A DNA stretch of 63,024 bases, the filler included, from Malassezia furfur (taxonomy: Eukaryota), in NCBI GenBank assembly GCA_052055015.1. It is 10 parts of 10 records of this genome, joined end to end, with 100 filler letters (N's around TTAATTAATTAA, not from the genome) between each part and the next. Parts side by side here need not be neighbours in the genome. Positions count along the whole stretch, not along the records: positions 44,284 to 50,467 come from JBQJIT010000559.1; positions 50,568 to 56,748 come from JBQJIT010000560.1; 8 more parts are not named here. One strand, written 5' to 3'. Positions 45,606-56,848 of this stretch are shown here, piece after piece (within the stretch, counting starts at the first letter, position 1; each line of letters starts with the position of its first letter). The position numbers and the translations under genes are program-made. The notes beneath the pieces were generated by a model. It was not told the origin of the DNA. It made no database searches and saw only the letters and a list, made by a program, of their open reading frames with translations.

Positions 45606-45911
45606 GCGATGGGGCGTGGAGAAGAAGGCCTCCACCGGCGCCGATCGTGTGCTCCGTGCTCGCGATCGGGGCCGGAAGAGAACGGAGGTAGGGGCGTGGC
45701 CGACTACATGCGCGGTGCCGCGCCTGCCGCGCCGCCGTCGCACTGGCAAACACCGCAGTCGTGACGGGGGTACTCTGCACGGGTGCGTTGTCCACCGGCG
45801 GCGCTGCTGCTCCGCACCAGGCCTTTGCGCCACGACGCCGCAGACGACGATGGCGTGCATCGCCTCAGTCGTTCATGTCGACGTTCCACTATGCGTTTTC
45901 TACTCCTACGA

Positions 45912-46317
45912 CTAGGCGTCCAGCATGGACGAGCCGCCCGACTGCGTGAGGGGATACGACGTACGTTGATCGCCTCCATCTCGGCCGGACTCCAGCGCAG
46001 CGCCGGCGTGTCCCAGAACCGCGAGGGCAGGTCGTAGATCGTGCTCGTCTCGTCGGCGGCCACGGGCTCGCCCTGTGCGGCGCCCTCCGCGCCGCCGTGC
46101 TTCACGAGCTTCTCGGGGTCGAAATGCGGGCCGCTCTCGTGCAGCTTCTTATAGTGGTCGAAGTTCTCCACGATCTCCTGCGGCGCATCCGGGTGCGGAC
46201 GGGGCGCGTGCGATTCTGTGTAAGGCGATGCCACCTACCCTTGGGCGCCTTCCGGTCCGGGAAGCGCATCATCGGCTTGTATGTATGCGCGAGCCGCACC
46301 AGCGTCGGTCGAAGCAT
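45912..46317 (-). CDS. KGD4: 2-oxoglutarate dehydrogenase adaptor Kgd4/Ymr31 (MRPS36)
   Basis: PMMRF near the N-terminus and DLPSRF...EMEAINSGG at the C-terminus after removing introns 46216-46238 and 45942-45964. Confidence 0.82.
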
Positions 46318-46389
46318 CTTGGGTGTCGAGGCCAACCCGTGAAGCCACGGCTCGGCCGAATTTCGACGGTCGCCCACCTGCTTACCACT

Positions 46390-46711
46390 ATGACCGAGGT
46401 TGACCATACGGCGTCGCTCGAGGAGGCTCAGGCTGCGCGTCTGCCCCTCGGCTACCGCGATGCGTGCAGCGCGTACGTTGGACGAGCTGACCAAGTCTGC
46501 TGATCCCGCTCAACCAGTGCCGGCGGAAGACGCTGTATGCGCCCTGGAAGTGTGAAGAGGAGCGGTACGTCGGCTCACAACTTACGCAGCCACACCTACG
46601 AGCGCTGCCAATACCAGGAGTAGGTCGCACTTCTACTGACCCAGTTTCCTTGCGCGCGAAAAGAAGCTGCGCCAAATGAAGCTGCAAGAGGCCGAGGCGG
46701 CCGAGGAGTAA
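46390..46711 (+). CDS. NDUFB7: Complex I subunit NDUFB7 (B18)
   Basis: LPLGYRDACSALLIPLNQCRR...PWKCEEERHTYERCQYQDF (twin CX9C). Introns 46473-46495, 46565-46589, 46620-46644. Confidence 0.93.
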
Positions 46712-46728
46712 AACAGCTCCCGTAGGCG

Positions 46729-47496
46729 CTATCGTACACTGGGCGTGGATGCCGCACCCTGCTTGCTACCGACACCGTCGACCGTGTGGGTGGACGAGTT
46801 GGCCGCCGCGACATCGTGGCGGTACAGCGCGTCCTGCCGCAGCTCGAGGGCCTTGCCGACGAACCCGATATAGAACACGCGTGAGGTCTGCTGCGTGGCC
46901 GAGTCGGACTGAGGTCAGCAGCGTTGACGTACCAGCATCACGCTGACGCTCTGTGTCTGTGCAAAGCGCGAGGCGCTCACGGGGTACGCCGTCACGCCCG
47001 GCGTTTGCTCGAGGAGCGCAAAGTCGGCCTGTGGACGTGCGCCGCCCGCAGGCCCGACGTGCGCGCCGGGCACTGTGTCCATCTCGGCGGCGGCTTCGTC
47101 GAAGTCGATTCCATTGGGCCGGTTGACAAAGAGCGTACATCGCTGTGTGAGACGGTGGACGTACGCGCGGCGCAAAGTCGCCCGTGCCTGGATTGAGTAG
47201 GATGCTCTGGAGGCGCACCGGACTGGTAAACGGCACGGTGATGATCATCTGGATGAGCGAGCATTGCCTACCTGGTCGTCGACGCCGCTCTCGATCCACA
47301 CGTCGGTGGTGTTGCGCGCGTCCCAGGGTTTGATGGCGTCCTTCGCGGACTCGGGCGGGTCGAGATTCAGCCCATAGACCCGGTCGCGGTCAATGTAGGT
47401 ATACAGGTTGTGCGCATCGCCGTATGCGCCCGTTGAGTTGCCCGCCTCGGCGTTCGGCTCGCGGTCCAGCGCAGTTGCGTCGCCCCCGCACTGCAT
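46729..47496 (-). CDS. PITH-domain protein (PITHD1-like)
   Basis: [48 protein letters not shown]. Introns 47249-47271, 47143-47164, 46909-46932. Confidence 0.88.
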
Positions 47497-47576
47497 GGCG
47501 CCGGCGAACGCGTGGCGGCGTGCCTTGGAGGTTGTGGAGGCATGTTGGCGCAGGTGCGCCGTCGCCTCCTGCAAGC

Positions 47577-50467
47577 ATGGTGCGTATGCAGCGACGTGAC
47601 TGACGTGCAGGGAGTGCCGGCATTGTTCCGATGGCTCTCGAAAAAGTACCCCAAGATCATCCAGAGTGTTGAGGAGGATGAGCCGGCGCGGATCCCCGGG
47701 CGCGATGGCGAGGTGGTCGAGGTGCCAGTCGACACGTCGCGCCCGAACCCCAACGGCGAAGAATTCGACTGTTTGTATCTGGACATGAACGGTATTGTGC
47801 ATCCGTGTACGCACCCCGAGGGCAAGCCACCGCCACAGACGGAGGAAGAGATGATGACCGAGGTGTTTGCCTACACGGAGCGCGTCGTGAACATGATCCG
47901 ACCGCGCAAGCTGCTCATGATGGCGATCGACGGCGTCGCGCCGCGCGCCAAGATGAACCAGCAGCGCAGTCGGCGCTTCCGCTCTGCCCAAGATGCGCAA
48001 ATCCTGCTCGAGCAGCAGGAGAGCGAGCTCGAGGCCCGCAAGAGCCGCGGAGAGGCGCGCACCGACGAGGTGGTGAAGCGGTCGTGGGACTCGAATGCGA
48101 TCACGCCCGGCACGCCGTTTATGGATCTGCTGGCGAACTCGCTGCGGTTCTGGATCGCGCACAAGCTCAACACGGACCCTGGGTGGAAGGACTTGTGCGT
48201 GGTGCTGAGCGACGCGAGCGTCCCTGGCGAGGGCGAGCACAAGATCATGGACTACATCCGCCGGAAGCGCAGTGATCCGAACCACGACCCCAACATGAAG
48301 CATGTCATCTACGGGCTGGACGCCGACCTGATCATGCTGTCGCTCGCGACGCACGAGCCCTACTTTAAGGTGCTGCGTGAAGACGTCTTTGCCCAGGATG
48401 CCAAGAACCGCGGGTGCCACCGCTGCGGCCAAGAGGGCCACATTGCCGCGCACTGCACCGGCAAGGCGCGGCCCAAGGACGAGGCGCCCAAGAAGCCCGA
48501 GAAGAAGCCGTTCATCTTTCTGGACGTGCCGACGCTGCGCGAGTACCTCGAGATCGAGCTGCTCGTGCCCGACACGCCGTTCCCGTTCGACTTGGAGCGT
48601 GCGATCGACGACTGGGTCTTTTTGATCTTCTTTGTGGGCAACGACTTTTTGCCGCACCTGCCGAGTCTGGAGATCCGCGAAGGCGCCATCGACACGCTGC
48701 TAAGCATCTGGAAGCGCGAGCTGCCGCGCATGGGCGGCTACGTGACAAACAACGGCAAGGTCGAGCTGGCGCACGCGCAGTACATCCTCGACGGCCTCAT
48801 GCAGTCCGAGGACGACATCTTCCGCAAGCGCAAAGAGACCGAGGAGCGCCAGGAGGCCAACGCGCGCCGGCGTCGGCAGCATGCGGATGCAGATGCGCGG
48901 CGCAGCGGGCGTGCAGACGACACGCTGCAGCACGGCGACACGAGCTACGTCGAAGTGAAGCCCAAGGTCGAGATGCCCACCTTGCAGCCGGCCCGTGCCT
49001 CGGGCAAGGGGCCGGTGATGCTCGACGGCGACAGCATGGATGTGGTGCGCAACCGCGCGCAGATTCGGATGGCCAACATCAGTGCGGCGGATGCACTGCG
49101 CCAGGAGCTCATGTCCAAGGGCAAGAAGGGCACGAAGCGCGCGGCACCTGCGCCGGACGCAAGCCGCAAGCGCGAAAAGGTGGCGGAGGCGGAAACGTCG
49201 GGCGACTCGGCCGTATTCAAGCTGGATGAAGACGTGAAGGGGGATGCGCCGCCGGCCGCGCAGCGCGCTGCGTCGCTCACCCATGCCCTCGAAGGGGGGG
49301 ATAAGCGCGCGCCGGAAGACACCGAGACTAAGGCGGAGGAGGCCGGTGTTAAGCAGGAGACCGACGCCGACGTCCAACCGGGGGTCGATGCCGACGTGAA
49401 GCAAGAGGCCGACACCGACGTCAAGCAGGAGGGCGCCGACGTGAAGCAAGAGGCCGACACCGACGACAAGCAGGAGGACGCCGACGACGATGCCGACGAC
49501 GACGACGACGACGACGACGCGCCTGACGTCCCACCCGAGATCAAGGCCGTGGAGCGCAAGGTGAATGCGGATGGCACCGTGGACTACGAAGACACCGTGA
49601 AGCTGTACGAGCCCGGCTACCGCGAGCGCTACTACCGCCAGAAGTTTGGTGTGGAGCTGTCCGACGTCGCGTTCCGGCGCAAGGTGGTGCAGGCGTACGT
49701 CGAGGGCCTGTGCTGGGTGCTGGCGTACTACTACCAGGGCTGCCCGTCGTGGAAGTGGTACTACCCCTACCACTATGCGCCGTTCGCCGCCGACTTTACC
49801 GACATTGCCTCGCTGCGCATCGAGTTTGACGAGGGCCAGCCATTCCGGCCGTTTGAGCAGCTCATGGGGGTGCTGCCGGCCGCAAGCCGCGCGAATCTCC
49901 CCGCGCCCTTCCAGTGGCTGATGACGAACGAGGACTCGGAGATCCTCGACTTCTACCCCACGTCGTTCGAGATCGATATGAACGGCAAAAAGATGGCATG
50001 GCAGGGCGTGGCGCTCCTCCCGTTCATCGACGAGACGCGCCTGCTCGATGCGCTGCGCAAGCGCTACCCTGAGCTCACCGACGACGAGACGCGCCGCAAC
50101 TCGTTTGGGCGCAACGCGCTGTTTGTCAGCACGGACGCCAACTTGTACGGCGCGCTGAGCCGTCTGTACGCCAAGCGTGCCAACGGGCAGCCTGAGGCGA
50201 TCGACACCAAGCAGACATCGAGCATCGCCGGGCTCATTTCGCCCGATCCGTCGTGCGTGCCAGGTTCGACGTTCTACTCGCCACTGCCCACGCAAGAGGG
50301 CATGCACGATATCCAGAACGACCACAGCATCTCGGCGCACTACGACTTCCCACCGCAGCGCGTACCGCACCGCAGCGTGCTGCTGAAGAACGTGCGCCTC
50401 CCGCGCCGCCGTCTCAACGCATCCGACGCCGAGTTTGTGCGCCGTGGCTCGCGCGGCGGCGGACCCC
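47577..50467 (+). CDS. RAT1: 5'-3' exoribonuclease 2 (Rat1/Dhp1/Xrn2); 3' truncated
   Basis: ATG, then 31-nt intron 47580-47610, then [37 protein letters not shown] zinc knuckle. Confidence 0.97.
49348..49476 (+). repeat. Coding tandem repeat (VKQExDxD) inside RAT1
   Basis: Five imperfect copies of (GAC)GTSAAGCARGAG. Confidence 0.8.
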
Positions 50468-50567
50468 NNNNNNNNNNNNNNNNNNNNNNNNNNNNNNNNN
50501 NNNNNNNNNNNTTAATTAATTAANNNNNNNNNNNNNNNNNNNNNNNNNNNNNNNNNNNNNNNNNNNN
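50468..50567. other. Artificial contig spacer
   Basis: N44-TTAATTAATTAA-N44. Confidence 0.98.
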
Positions 50568-50969
50568 CACGCCGTGTGGCACGCGGCGTTGGCGCGCGGC
50601 GCCGGCGCCGGTGCGCAGGCATTCGGCCTGGCGCTCGTCCGTGCGATCGACCGCGACGCCGGCACGCTCCAGCTGCTGACGCCTGTCGCGCCCGAGCGCC
50701 TTGCGCATGCGCTCGATGCGGCGTGCGGCGCCTTGGCGCTCGTCAAAGGCGCGCTGGACGTGCCGGTGTGGTGTGCGCTCGATGCGCCCGCGTACGCCGA
50801 GGTGCTGCAGCCGCGGGAGGGCGAGCAGCCTGCAGCGCTGGCGGGTGTGCCGCGCGCCGAGGTGCCGTACCTTGCGTGGCCAAGCGAGCTGCTCGCCGCC
50901 GAGGCGATCGGCGCGCGCCCGCGCAAGGTGCGGCGCAACCTGATGCGCCGTGCGCACCACGCGCCGTAG
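50568..50969 (+). CDS. GRC3: C-terminal fragment of polynucleotide 5'-kinase Grc3/Nol9
   Basis: GLALVRAID...LQLLTPV, LVKGALDVP.W, VPYL...KVRRNLMR. Confidence 0.75.
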   Translation, partial: HAVWHAALARGAGAGAQAFGLALVRAIDRDAGTLQLLTPVAPERLAHALDAACGALALVKGALDVPVWCALDAPAYAEVLQPREGEQPAALAGVPRAEVPYLAWPSELLAAEAIGARPRKVRRNLMRRAHHAP

Positions 50970-50990
50970 TGTGGAGGTAGTCGTTCTGCG

Positions 50991-52166
50991 ATGGCTGCGC
51001 CGCCGCCCGAGTCGGCCCGGTCGTACCTGCCGACGCCCGCGCTGGACCATGCGTTTGCCGGGATGGCCGCGGGAACGATCGCGACGCTGTGCATGAACCC
51101 GCTGGACCTCGTCAAGACGCGCTTCCAGGTGAACGATGCGGCGTTCTCTGCGGCGCCGGCGGAGCGCTCCGGCTTTTACCAGCGTATGCACGCGCGGCGC
51201 TGGGCGTGGTACGCGCTGGGCGGCAAGCCCGGCGTCGACGTGCTCGATGCGCTGCGCGGCATTGTGCAGCACGACGGCGTGCGTGGGCTGTACCGCGGTG
51301 TCGTGCCCAACATCGTGGGGAACGCCTCGAGTTGGGGCCTCTACTTTCTGTTCTACACGATGATCAAGGAGTACATGGCGCGCTCGTCCTCGAGCGAACA
51401 CCCCGTGCGCCTCACGGCCACCGAGCACCTCCTCGCCGCGACCGAGAGCGGTACGTCGCCCACTGACCCAGGCGTCGTCACCGCCATCCTCACCAACCCG
51501 ATTTGGGTCGTCAAGACGCGCATGTTCACCACGCAGCGGCGCCCCACGCCGCACCCGCCGAGTGCCGCGGGGACACGCAGCGCAACGAGCGTGCCGGCGC
51601 TCGCGGGCACGCCGAGCATGGTCGGGCGCCCGGGCGCGTCGCCGGTGGCGTACCGCAGCTTGCTCGACGGCCTCCTGCAGACGGCGCGGCACGAGGGCGT
51701 GCGTGGCCTGTACAAGGGCGTGGGCCTTGCGGTGCTGGGCGTGTCGAACGGCGCGATCCAGTTCATGGCGTACGAGCAGCTGAAGCAGTGGCGTGGCATG
51801 CGCCGCCTGCGCCGCGAGCGGCCCGGGGCCGAGTTCTCCGAGCGCCAGCTGGACGACGTGCGCCTGAGCAACCTGGAGTACACCGTGCTGTCCGGCGCCG
51901 CCAAGCTGTTTGCCATCACGCTCACGTACCCCTACCAGGTGGTGCGCTCGCGCGTGCAGACGCATGCGACCGCGCACCTGTACCCCAGTGCGTGGGCGTG
52001 CGTGCGGCGCACGATGCAGAACGAGGGCATGCGTGGCTTCTACCGCGGGTTCGCGACGAACGCCATCCGCATCCTGCCGGGGACGTGCGTGACGTTTGTC
52101 GCGTACGAAAACGTGTCCTGGGCGCTGCGGCGCGCCGCGGCGTACCGCGCCGGGGATGTACAGTAG
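50991..52166 (+). CDS. FLX1: Mitochondrial FAD/folate carrier (Flx1/SLC25A32)
   Basis: PLDLVKTR, GNASSWGLYF, NPIWVVKTR, YPYQVVRSR. In-frame 21-nt intron 51451-51471. Confidence 0.92.
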   Translation: MAAPPPESARSYLPTPALDHAFAGMAAGTIATLCMNPLDLVKTRFQVNDAAFSAAPAERSGFYQRMHARRWAWYALGGKPGVDVLDALRGIVQHDGVRGLYRGVVPNIVGNASSWGLYFLFYTMIKEYMARSSSSEHPVRLTATEHLLAATESGTSPTDPGVVTAILTNPIWVVKTRMFTTQRRPTPHPPSAAGTRSATSVPALAGTPSMVGRPGASPVAYRSLLDGLLQTARHEGVRGLYKGVGLAVLGVSNGAIQFMAYEQLKQWRGMRRLRRERPGAEFSERQLDDVRLSNLEYTVLSGAAKLFAITLTYPYQVVRSRVQTHATAHLYPSAWACVRRTMQNEGMRGFYRGFATNAIRILPGTCVTFVAYENVSWALRRAAAYRAGDVQ

Positions 52167-52209
52167 AATTCGTCCATTTCCTCCCTCCACTTGCTATGGC
52201 GCTGCTACG

Positions 52210-54852
52210 TCAGGCCGCGCCGGGCTTGCGGCTCGACGTGGTGTCCGCCGGGCGGTTCGGCACGACAGACTGCGTGCCCTGCAGCATGGCCTGCTGCCGC
52301 TGCGCCTGGTCGAGGCCCGAGATGTTGGGCACGTACGCGGCGCTCGTCGTGTTCGGCGCGGCGCTCGCGTCCAGGTCGAACGCGCGGTGCCCGCTGGCGG
52401 TCGCGGGCTTCGACTGTGCGGCGTTCGGCGCGGGGAACGCGATGCGGTGCAGCATGTCGGCGCCCTTGCTGAGCCACGGGTGTGCGTGGGCCGATGCGTT
52501 CGGGTTCTGCACCACCGAGTCGTACCGGTCGTACTCGTGCGGGTCGTCGGGGAAGTCGACGCAGTTGAAGTCCCACGTCTTGACGTAGATCGAGCGCTGG
52601 CACTGCTCGCCCGTCCAGCGCGACGCGTACGCGATCGGCGAGTAGCGCCAGAACACGAGCGCGGCGAGCACCGCGACGAGGAGCGCCGCCTGCAGCCGCA
52701 CGCGCGGGCGCAGGCGGCCGGTCGCCAGGTCGAACACGGCGGCGCTCAGCAGGATCGAGATGTAGAGCGCAGGCAGGTAGTGGTGCAGGAAGAGCTGGCG
52801 CGACATTGCCCAGAACGGCAGGTAGTGCATCGCCCACATGAGCGCCAGCAGGCCGCACGCGCGGTCGTAGAACACCACGGTCGAGTTGGCAAAGTCGCGG
52901 TAGCCACGCTGCGCGCGGAGCACGAGCACGACGCGCACCGCGGCGTACAGCAGGACGGAGAGCGTGCCGAGCGCCCACACCAGGGGGTTGCCGAACAGGT
53001 ACACCTGGCGGTGGTGCTTGGTCCAGAAGTTGATGCCGCGGCGCAGGAGCGGCCACTGGCTGGGCCGCGACTCGTACACGTGGTGGTCGGTGAGGCGCTT
53101 GTTGACGTTCCACATGACCGTGTTGAGCTCCACGAGCTTCTGCCAGAAGGTGGGCAGGACGTAGTTGACGCGCCACGCCTTGAGGTCCTGCTCGAGCACG
53201 GGGTGCGTGCTCGTCTCGATGTACCACAGCGAGTTGGGCAGCGTCGGACTGCCGTTGCACGTCACCTCCTGCTGCCCAAAGCCCCAGTCGGGCAGGGACA
53301 CGGTGTGCGAGTACAAATAGCACCCCAGCTGCGCGTGCCGCAGGCGGAACACGGTGCGCAGCGCCACGACGCGGCCGCTCGCGCGCGACGGCACATGATG
53401 CTCCTGGCGCTCGATCTCGACGATCCAGTCGTCGTTGACGTCGCCGCCAAACTTGATGTCGGGGAAGCCGTAGCCGCTCACCTCGTGCTGGTAGTCGCTC
53501 TCGCTCACCGGCGGCCGGTGGTTGTTGTGCGAGTGGAGACGCACGCGCGTCTGCTCGTGCATCAGGCGGATGCGCATGTGGTCCGCGAGGTGCGTCACGT
53601 TGTGCTCGAAGCGCGACACCTCGTCGTCCGGCGCGACCGCGTGCCCGTTGGCGTCCTTGGCCAGCTCGCCCTCGCGCGGCGCCTTGAGCACGATCCACTG
53701 GTTGTTGTCGTCGAAAAAGGGGTACAGCGTCACCTGCTGCTGCTTGCTGCCCGTATGCAGCGCGTGCGGGTGCGAGTGCAGGTAGCCGCCGACCGTGTTG
53801 TAGTGCTGGATGCGCACGCGCGAGCCAAGCGCCACGTCCGCGAGCGTGTCCGGCGTCTTGTGTCCCTGCAGCGTGTGCCGGAACGGCCACGACATAAACG
53901 TGTCGCCGCTGCCCGCGCGCGACAGCACCGCAAAGTGCACCGCAAACGTCAGCACGTAGATCACCACAGGGATGCCCAGCAGGCACGCGGTACGCGCCAC
54001 GACGTGGGCACCGACCGTGCGCACAGGGATCCGCACGTTGCCCAGGTGGTACCACAGCTGCACCATCACCGCCAGGCCCACCGCCGCGATGGTGAACAGG
54101 CCGACCCACTTGCACGACACCACCGCGCCGAGCGCCGCGCCCGTCGCCGCGAGCAACGCCCACCACGGCCGCGTAAAAGGCGCGTGGGCGTCGACGTTGC
54201 TAAAGTGCACCCACGCACACAGCGCCGCCGCCACGAAAAAGACCAGCGGCGCGTCCAGCAGGATGAGCCGCGACTGCGTCACCAGCGCATTCTCAAACGT
54301 GACCAGCACCGTGCCCAGCAGCGCGCTCGCCGGGCGCAGGTGCAGGCCACGCAGCGTCAGGTAGGCCAACGGAATGGTCAAGAAGCCAAACGTCGCACCA
54401 ACCATGCGCATCGCGACGTACGGCACCGGCTCCGAGTCGGGCGTCACAAGGTACTCGCGCCCAATCTCGTTAAAGTCAAAGTTGCCCCCAAAGCCGTGCA
54501 GCCAGGCCGCCAGCGTGATGAACAGCTTCGCCAGCGGGGGGTGCACGTCCATGAAAAAGGTGCGCCGGATGTACTTGGCCGCGAAGCCACCAAAGTGCAC
54601 CTCGTCAAACACCACGCTGCTCGGCCGGTCAAGTCGCCAGAAGCGCACAAACACGGCCACGAACAGCACCAGGCCCAGTGCCAGGTACTCGCCGCGCGCA
54701 ATGCCGGGGAGCGGCCGCGGCGGTGCTTCGCGCTCCGCACCGCCCGCCGCGCCGCCCTGCGCGAGGAGTTTCTCACGCTCTGCACTTGACACGCCACCCA
54801 CGTCGGGCACGCGCGCCTCAATGTCCGGCGTGTGCGTCTGCCGCACACGCAT
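52210..54852 (-). CDS. PMT1: Dolichyl-phosphate-mannose:protein O-mannosyltransferase, PMT1 subfamily
   Basis: VVFDEVHFGGFAAKY..FFMDVHPPLAKL, MIR domains, RQLFLHHYLPA. Confidence 0.93.
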   Translation of the reverse strand: MRVRQTHTPDIEARVPDVGGVSSAEREKLLAQGGAAGGAEREAPPRPLPGIARGEYLALGLVLFVAVFVRFWRLDRPSSVVFDEVHFGGFAAKYIRRTFFMDVHPPLAKLFITLAAWLHGFGGNFDFNEIGREYLVTPDSEPVPYVAMRMVGATFGFLTIPLAYLTLRGLHLRPASALLGTVLVTFENALVTQSRLILLDAPLVFFVAAALCAWVHFSNVDAHAPFTRPWWALLAATGAALGAVVSCKWVGLFTIAAVGLAVMVQLWYHLGNVRIPVRTVGAHVVARTACLLGIPVVIYVLTFAVHFAVLSRAGSGDTFMSWPFRHTLQGHKTPDTLADVALGSRVRIQHYNTVGGYLHSHPHALHTGSKQQQVTLYPFFDDNNQWIVLKAPREGELAKDANGHAVAPDDEVSRFEHNVTHLADHMRIRLMHEQTRVRLHSHNNHRPPVSESDYQHEVSGYGFPDIKFGGDVNDDWIVEIERQEHHVPSRASGRVVALRTVFRLRHAQLGCYLYSHTVSLPDWGFGQQEVTCNGSPTLPNSLWYIETSTHPVLEQDLKAWRVNYVLPTFWQKLVELNTVMWNVNKRLTDHHVYESRPSQWPLLRRGINFWTKHHRQVYLFGNPLVWALGTLSVLLYAAVRVVLVLRAQRGYRDFANSTVVFYDRACGLLALMWAMHYLPFWAMSRQLFLHHYLPALYISILLSAAVFDLATGRLRPRVRLQAALLVAVLAALVFWRYSPIAYASRWTGEQCQRSIYVKTWDFNCVDFPDDPHEYDRYDSVVQNPNASAHAHPWLSKGADMLHRIAFPAPNAAQSKPATASGHRAFDLDASAAPNTTSAAYVPNISGLDQAQRQQAMLQGTQSVVPNRPADTTSSRKPGAA

Positions 54853-54928
54853 CGTGCCGTGCGCTCCGCGGCCCACAACGTCCATGAAGGCCTCGTCCCA
54901 AGCCCGAGTCACGTGCAGCGCAGGCACC

Positions 54929-55718
54929 ATGACGCTCGCGGCCGCGAAGACCGCGTGCCGGAAGCACGCCGCGGCGATGCTCCAGCGCGTGCCGCGCGCC
55001 TCGCTCGACGAGCAGGGTACGTCGCTGTACTGACGCAGCGCACGCCGTATGCGAGGCCGTGCAGCGCCTCCCAGCATTCCAGCACGCGCACAACGTCAGC
55101 ATCTACCTCAGCATGCCCACCGGCGAACTCGACACGTGGGCGCTGAGCCGCGCGGCCCTCACGCTCGGCAAGCGCCTGTACGTGCCGCGCTTCTCGACGC
55201 TGAGCGCGGGCGCGCGTGCCTCGGAGGACCACAAGTTCACGACGGACATGCAGATGCTCCGCGTGCACGACGTCCACGAACTCGACCATGGCCTCACCGC
55301 CAACAAGTGGGGGATTGCCGAGCCCCCGCTGCTGCGCGCAGGCGCAGCGCGCGAAGACGGTACGTCTCTTTTTTACGCAGCGCTCCTCACGGGCGGCGCG
55401 GGTCTTGACCTGATCATTGTACCGGGCATGCTGTTTGACAGGAACGGCGGCCGGCTGGGGCATGGCAAGGGCTACTACGACCGCTACATTCGCCGCGCAC
55501 ACGCGTTTGCGCAGGAACGCAAGGCGCGTGTCCCGTACATTGGTACGTGCACGGCTGACCCAGTTGCGGTTGCGCTCCGCGAGCAGATCAGCGACGAGCC
55601 CGTGCCGACGGGCGACACGGACGTGCCGATCGACGCGCTCGTCACCGCGGACCACACGTGGGTGTTTCGCGGGGAGGAGGCACAGCACGCCGAAGAGAAT
55701 GTAGGACATGCACCGTAG
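54929..55718 (+). CDS. FAU1: 5-formyltetrahydrofolate cyclo-ligase (Fau1/MTHFS)
   Basis: YLSMPTGE, WGIAEP, LDLIIVPG..FD..GGRLGHGKGYYD. Introns 55017-55038, 55360-55380, 55543-55563. Confidence 0.94.
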
Positions 55719-55914
55719 GCCGGACCCCACACGCCCTGGCGACCCCTCGCCCTTCTGCGCACGGACCGCCTCGGACGAAGCGCCGGCGCCGTGCGCGTCG
55801 CCGACCGCGGCGCGCGCGTCTTTCGANNNNNNNNNNTCGAAGCGCGCGCGGGGCCATAGACCGTAACATAGGCGCATGTCCACGCTCGCATCCACAACCT
55901 AGGTATCTGTCCGC

Positions 55915-56748
55915 CTACGAAACATGATTCCGCGACTCCATCACCACCCCGCCCACCAACGCGCTCGTCAGCAGCGCCCGGAACGCCGCACGCCGATTCG
56001 CGGCCACCTGGAAGAAGCGCAGCCGCGCACTCGCCTGCGAAAGCAGCCGCAGCACCACCCACGGGTCGCCGCGCCCCGACAGCCGCCGGAGTGCCGCGGT
56101 GAGCACACTCAGCAGCAGCACGACATTGGTCGCATCGAGGAGCAGGCGCCCCAGCACACTGACGACCAGGGCCACAAATTTGAACGGCGCACGCAGCAGC
56201 GCCTGCAGCAGTGACGGGCGGTGGTACCCGCCGGGCGTGGCGCCGTTGCGCCATGCCTCGTAGCTCGGCACCTGGTCGTTGCGTGTGCCTGTGAGCCCAA
56301 GGAGCACACCGATATCGTACAGCACCTGCGTCGCCGCCTGTGCGGTGCTCTTGAGCACCGCGGCGGTGTCGCGGTGTGCGGGCGCCGGCGGCGCACGCTG
56401 CATCGACGTCTCAGCGCGGTCGAGGCGCTCGGTGAGCGCCACGAGCGACGCCTGGATCGCACGCAGCGTCTGCTCGGTGTCGCCGTCCTTGGGCGCACGC
56501 CGCGCGACCACCGGGCGTCCGGAGGAGCGCTCGCCGACGCTGCTCGGCGCGTAGCGGCCGAGCGGCCCGCCACGCTGCGACCGCGCATGCGGCGGCTGCT
56601 GCTCCTGCAGCGACGGTTGCGCGGAGGCAAAAGAGCGCGACGCCCCCTCGCTGTACCGCCCCGACTGTGTGCTGGGCGGCGCGGCCTGCACAGTGCGGGC
56701 GGCGCTGGGCCGGGCGCGCCGTGCCTTGGGCTCTGGCCAGGCGGTCGG
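55915..56748 (-). CDS. C-terminal fragment of a hypothetical protein with coiled coil and C-terminal hydrophobic helices
   Basis: Frame open to the contig end; LRAIQASLVALTERLDRAE coil, then hydrophobic segments. Confidence 0.6.
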   Translation of the reverse strand, partial: PTAWPEPKARRARPSAARTVQAAPPSTQSGRYSEGASRSFASAQPSLQEQQPPHARSQRGGPLGRYAPSSVGERSSGRPVVARRAPKDGDTEQTLRAIQASLVALTERLDRAETSMQRAPPAPAHRDTAAVLKSTAQAATQVLYDIGVLLGLTGTRNDQVPSYEAWRNGATPGGYHRPSLLQALLRAPFKFVALVVSVLGRLLLDATNVVLLLSVLTAALRRLSGRGDPWVVLRLLSQASARLRFFQVAANRRAAFRALLTSALVGGVVMESRNHVS

Positions 56749-56848
56749 NNNNNNNNNNNNNNNNNNNNNNNNNNNNNNNNNNNNNNNNNNNNTTAATTAA
56801 TTAANNNNNNNNNNNNNNNNNNNNNNNNNNNNNNNNNNNNNNNNNNNN
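56749..56848. other. Artificial contig spacer
   Basis: N44-TTAATTAATTAA-N44. Confidence 0.98.

Noticed and set aside
47577..50969. RAT1 next to GRC3, both in pre-rRNA processing and termination, looks like a functional cluster
   Set aside because: They lie on different contigs separated by an artificial spacer, so adjacency carries no information.
55810..55852. Imperfect inverted repeat around a 10-N gap
   Set aside because: The gap hides the centre. It is most simply a GC hairpin that broke sequencing, with no evidence of a transposon end.
6266..56848. Nine regularly spaced TTAATTAATTAA motifs with ~6.3-kb periodicity
   Set aside because: Artificial six-frame-stop linkers within N runs. 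Contig lengths fall monotonically (6239, 6231, 6229, 6216, 6215, 6188, 6184, 6181), showing size-sorted concatenation rather than biology.
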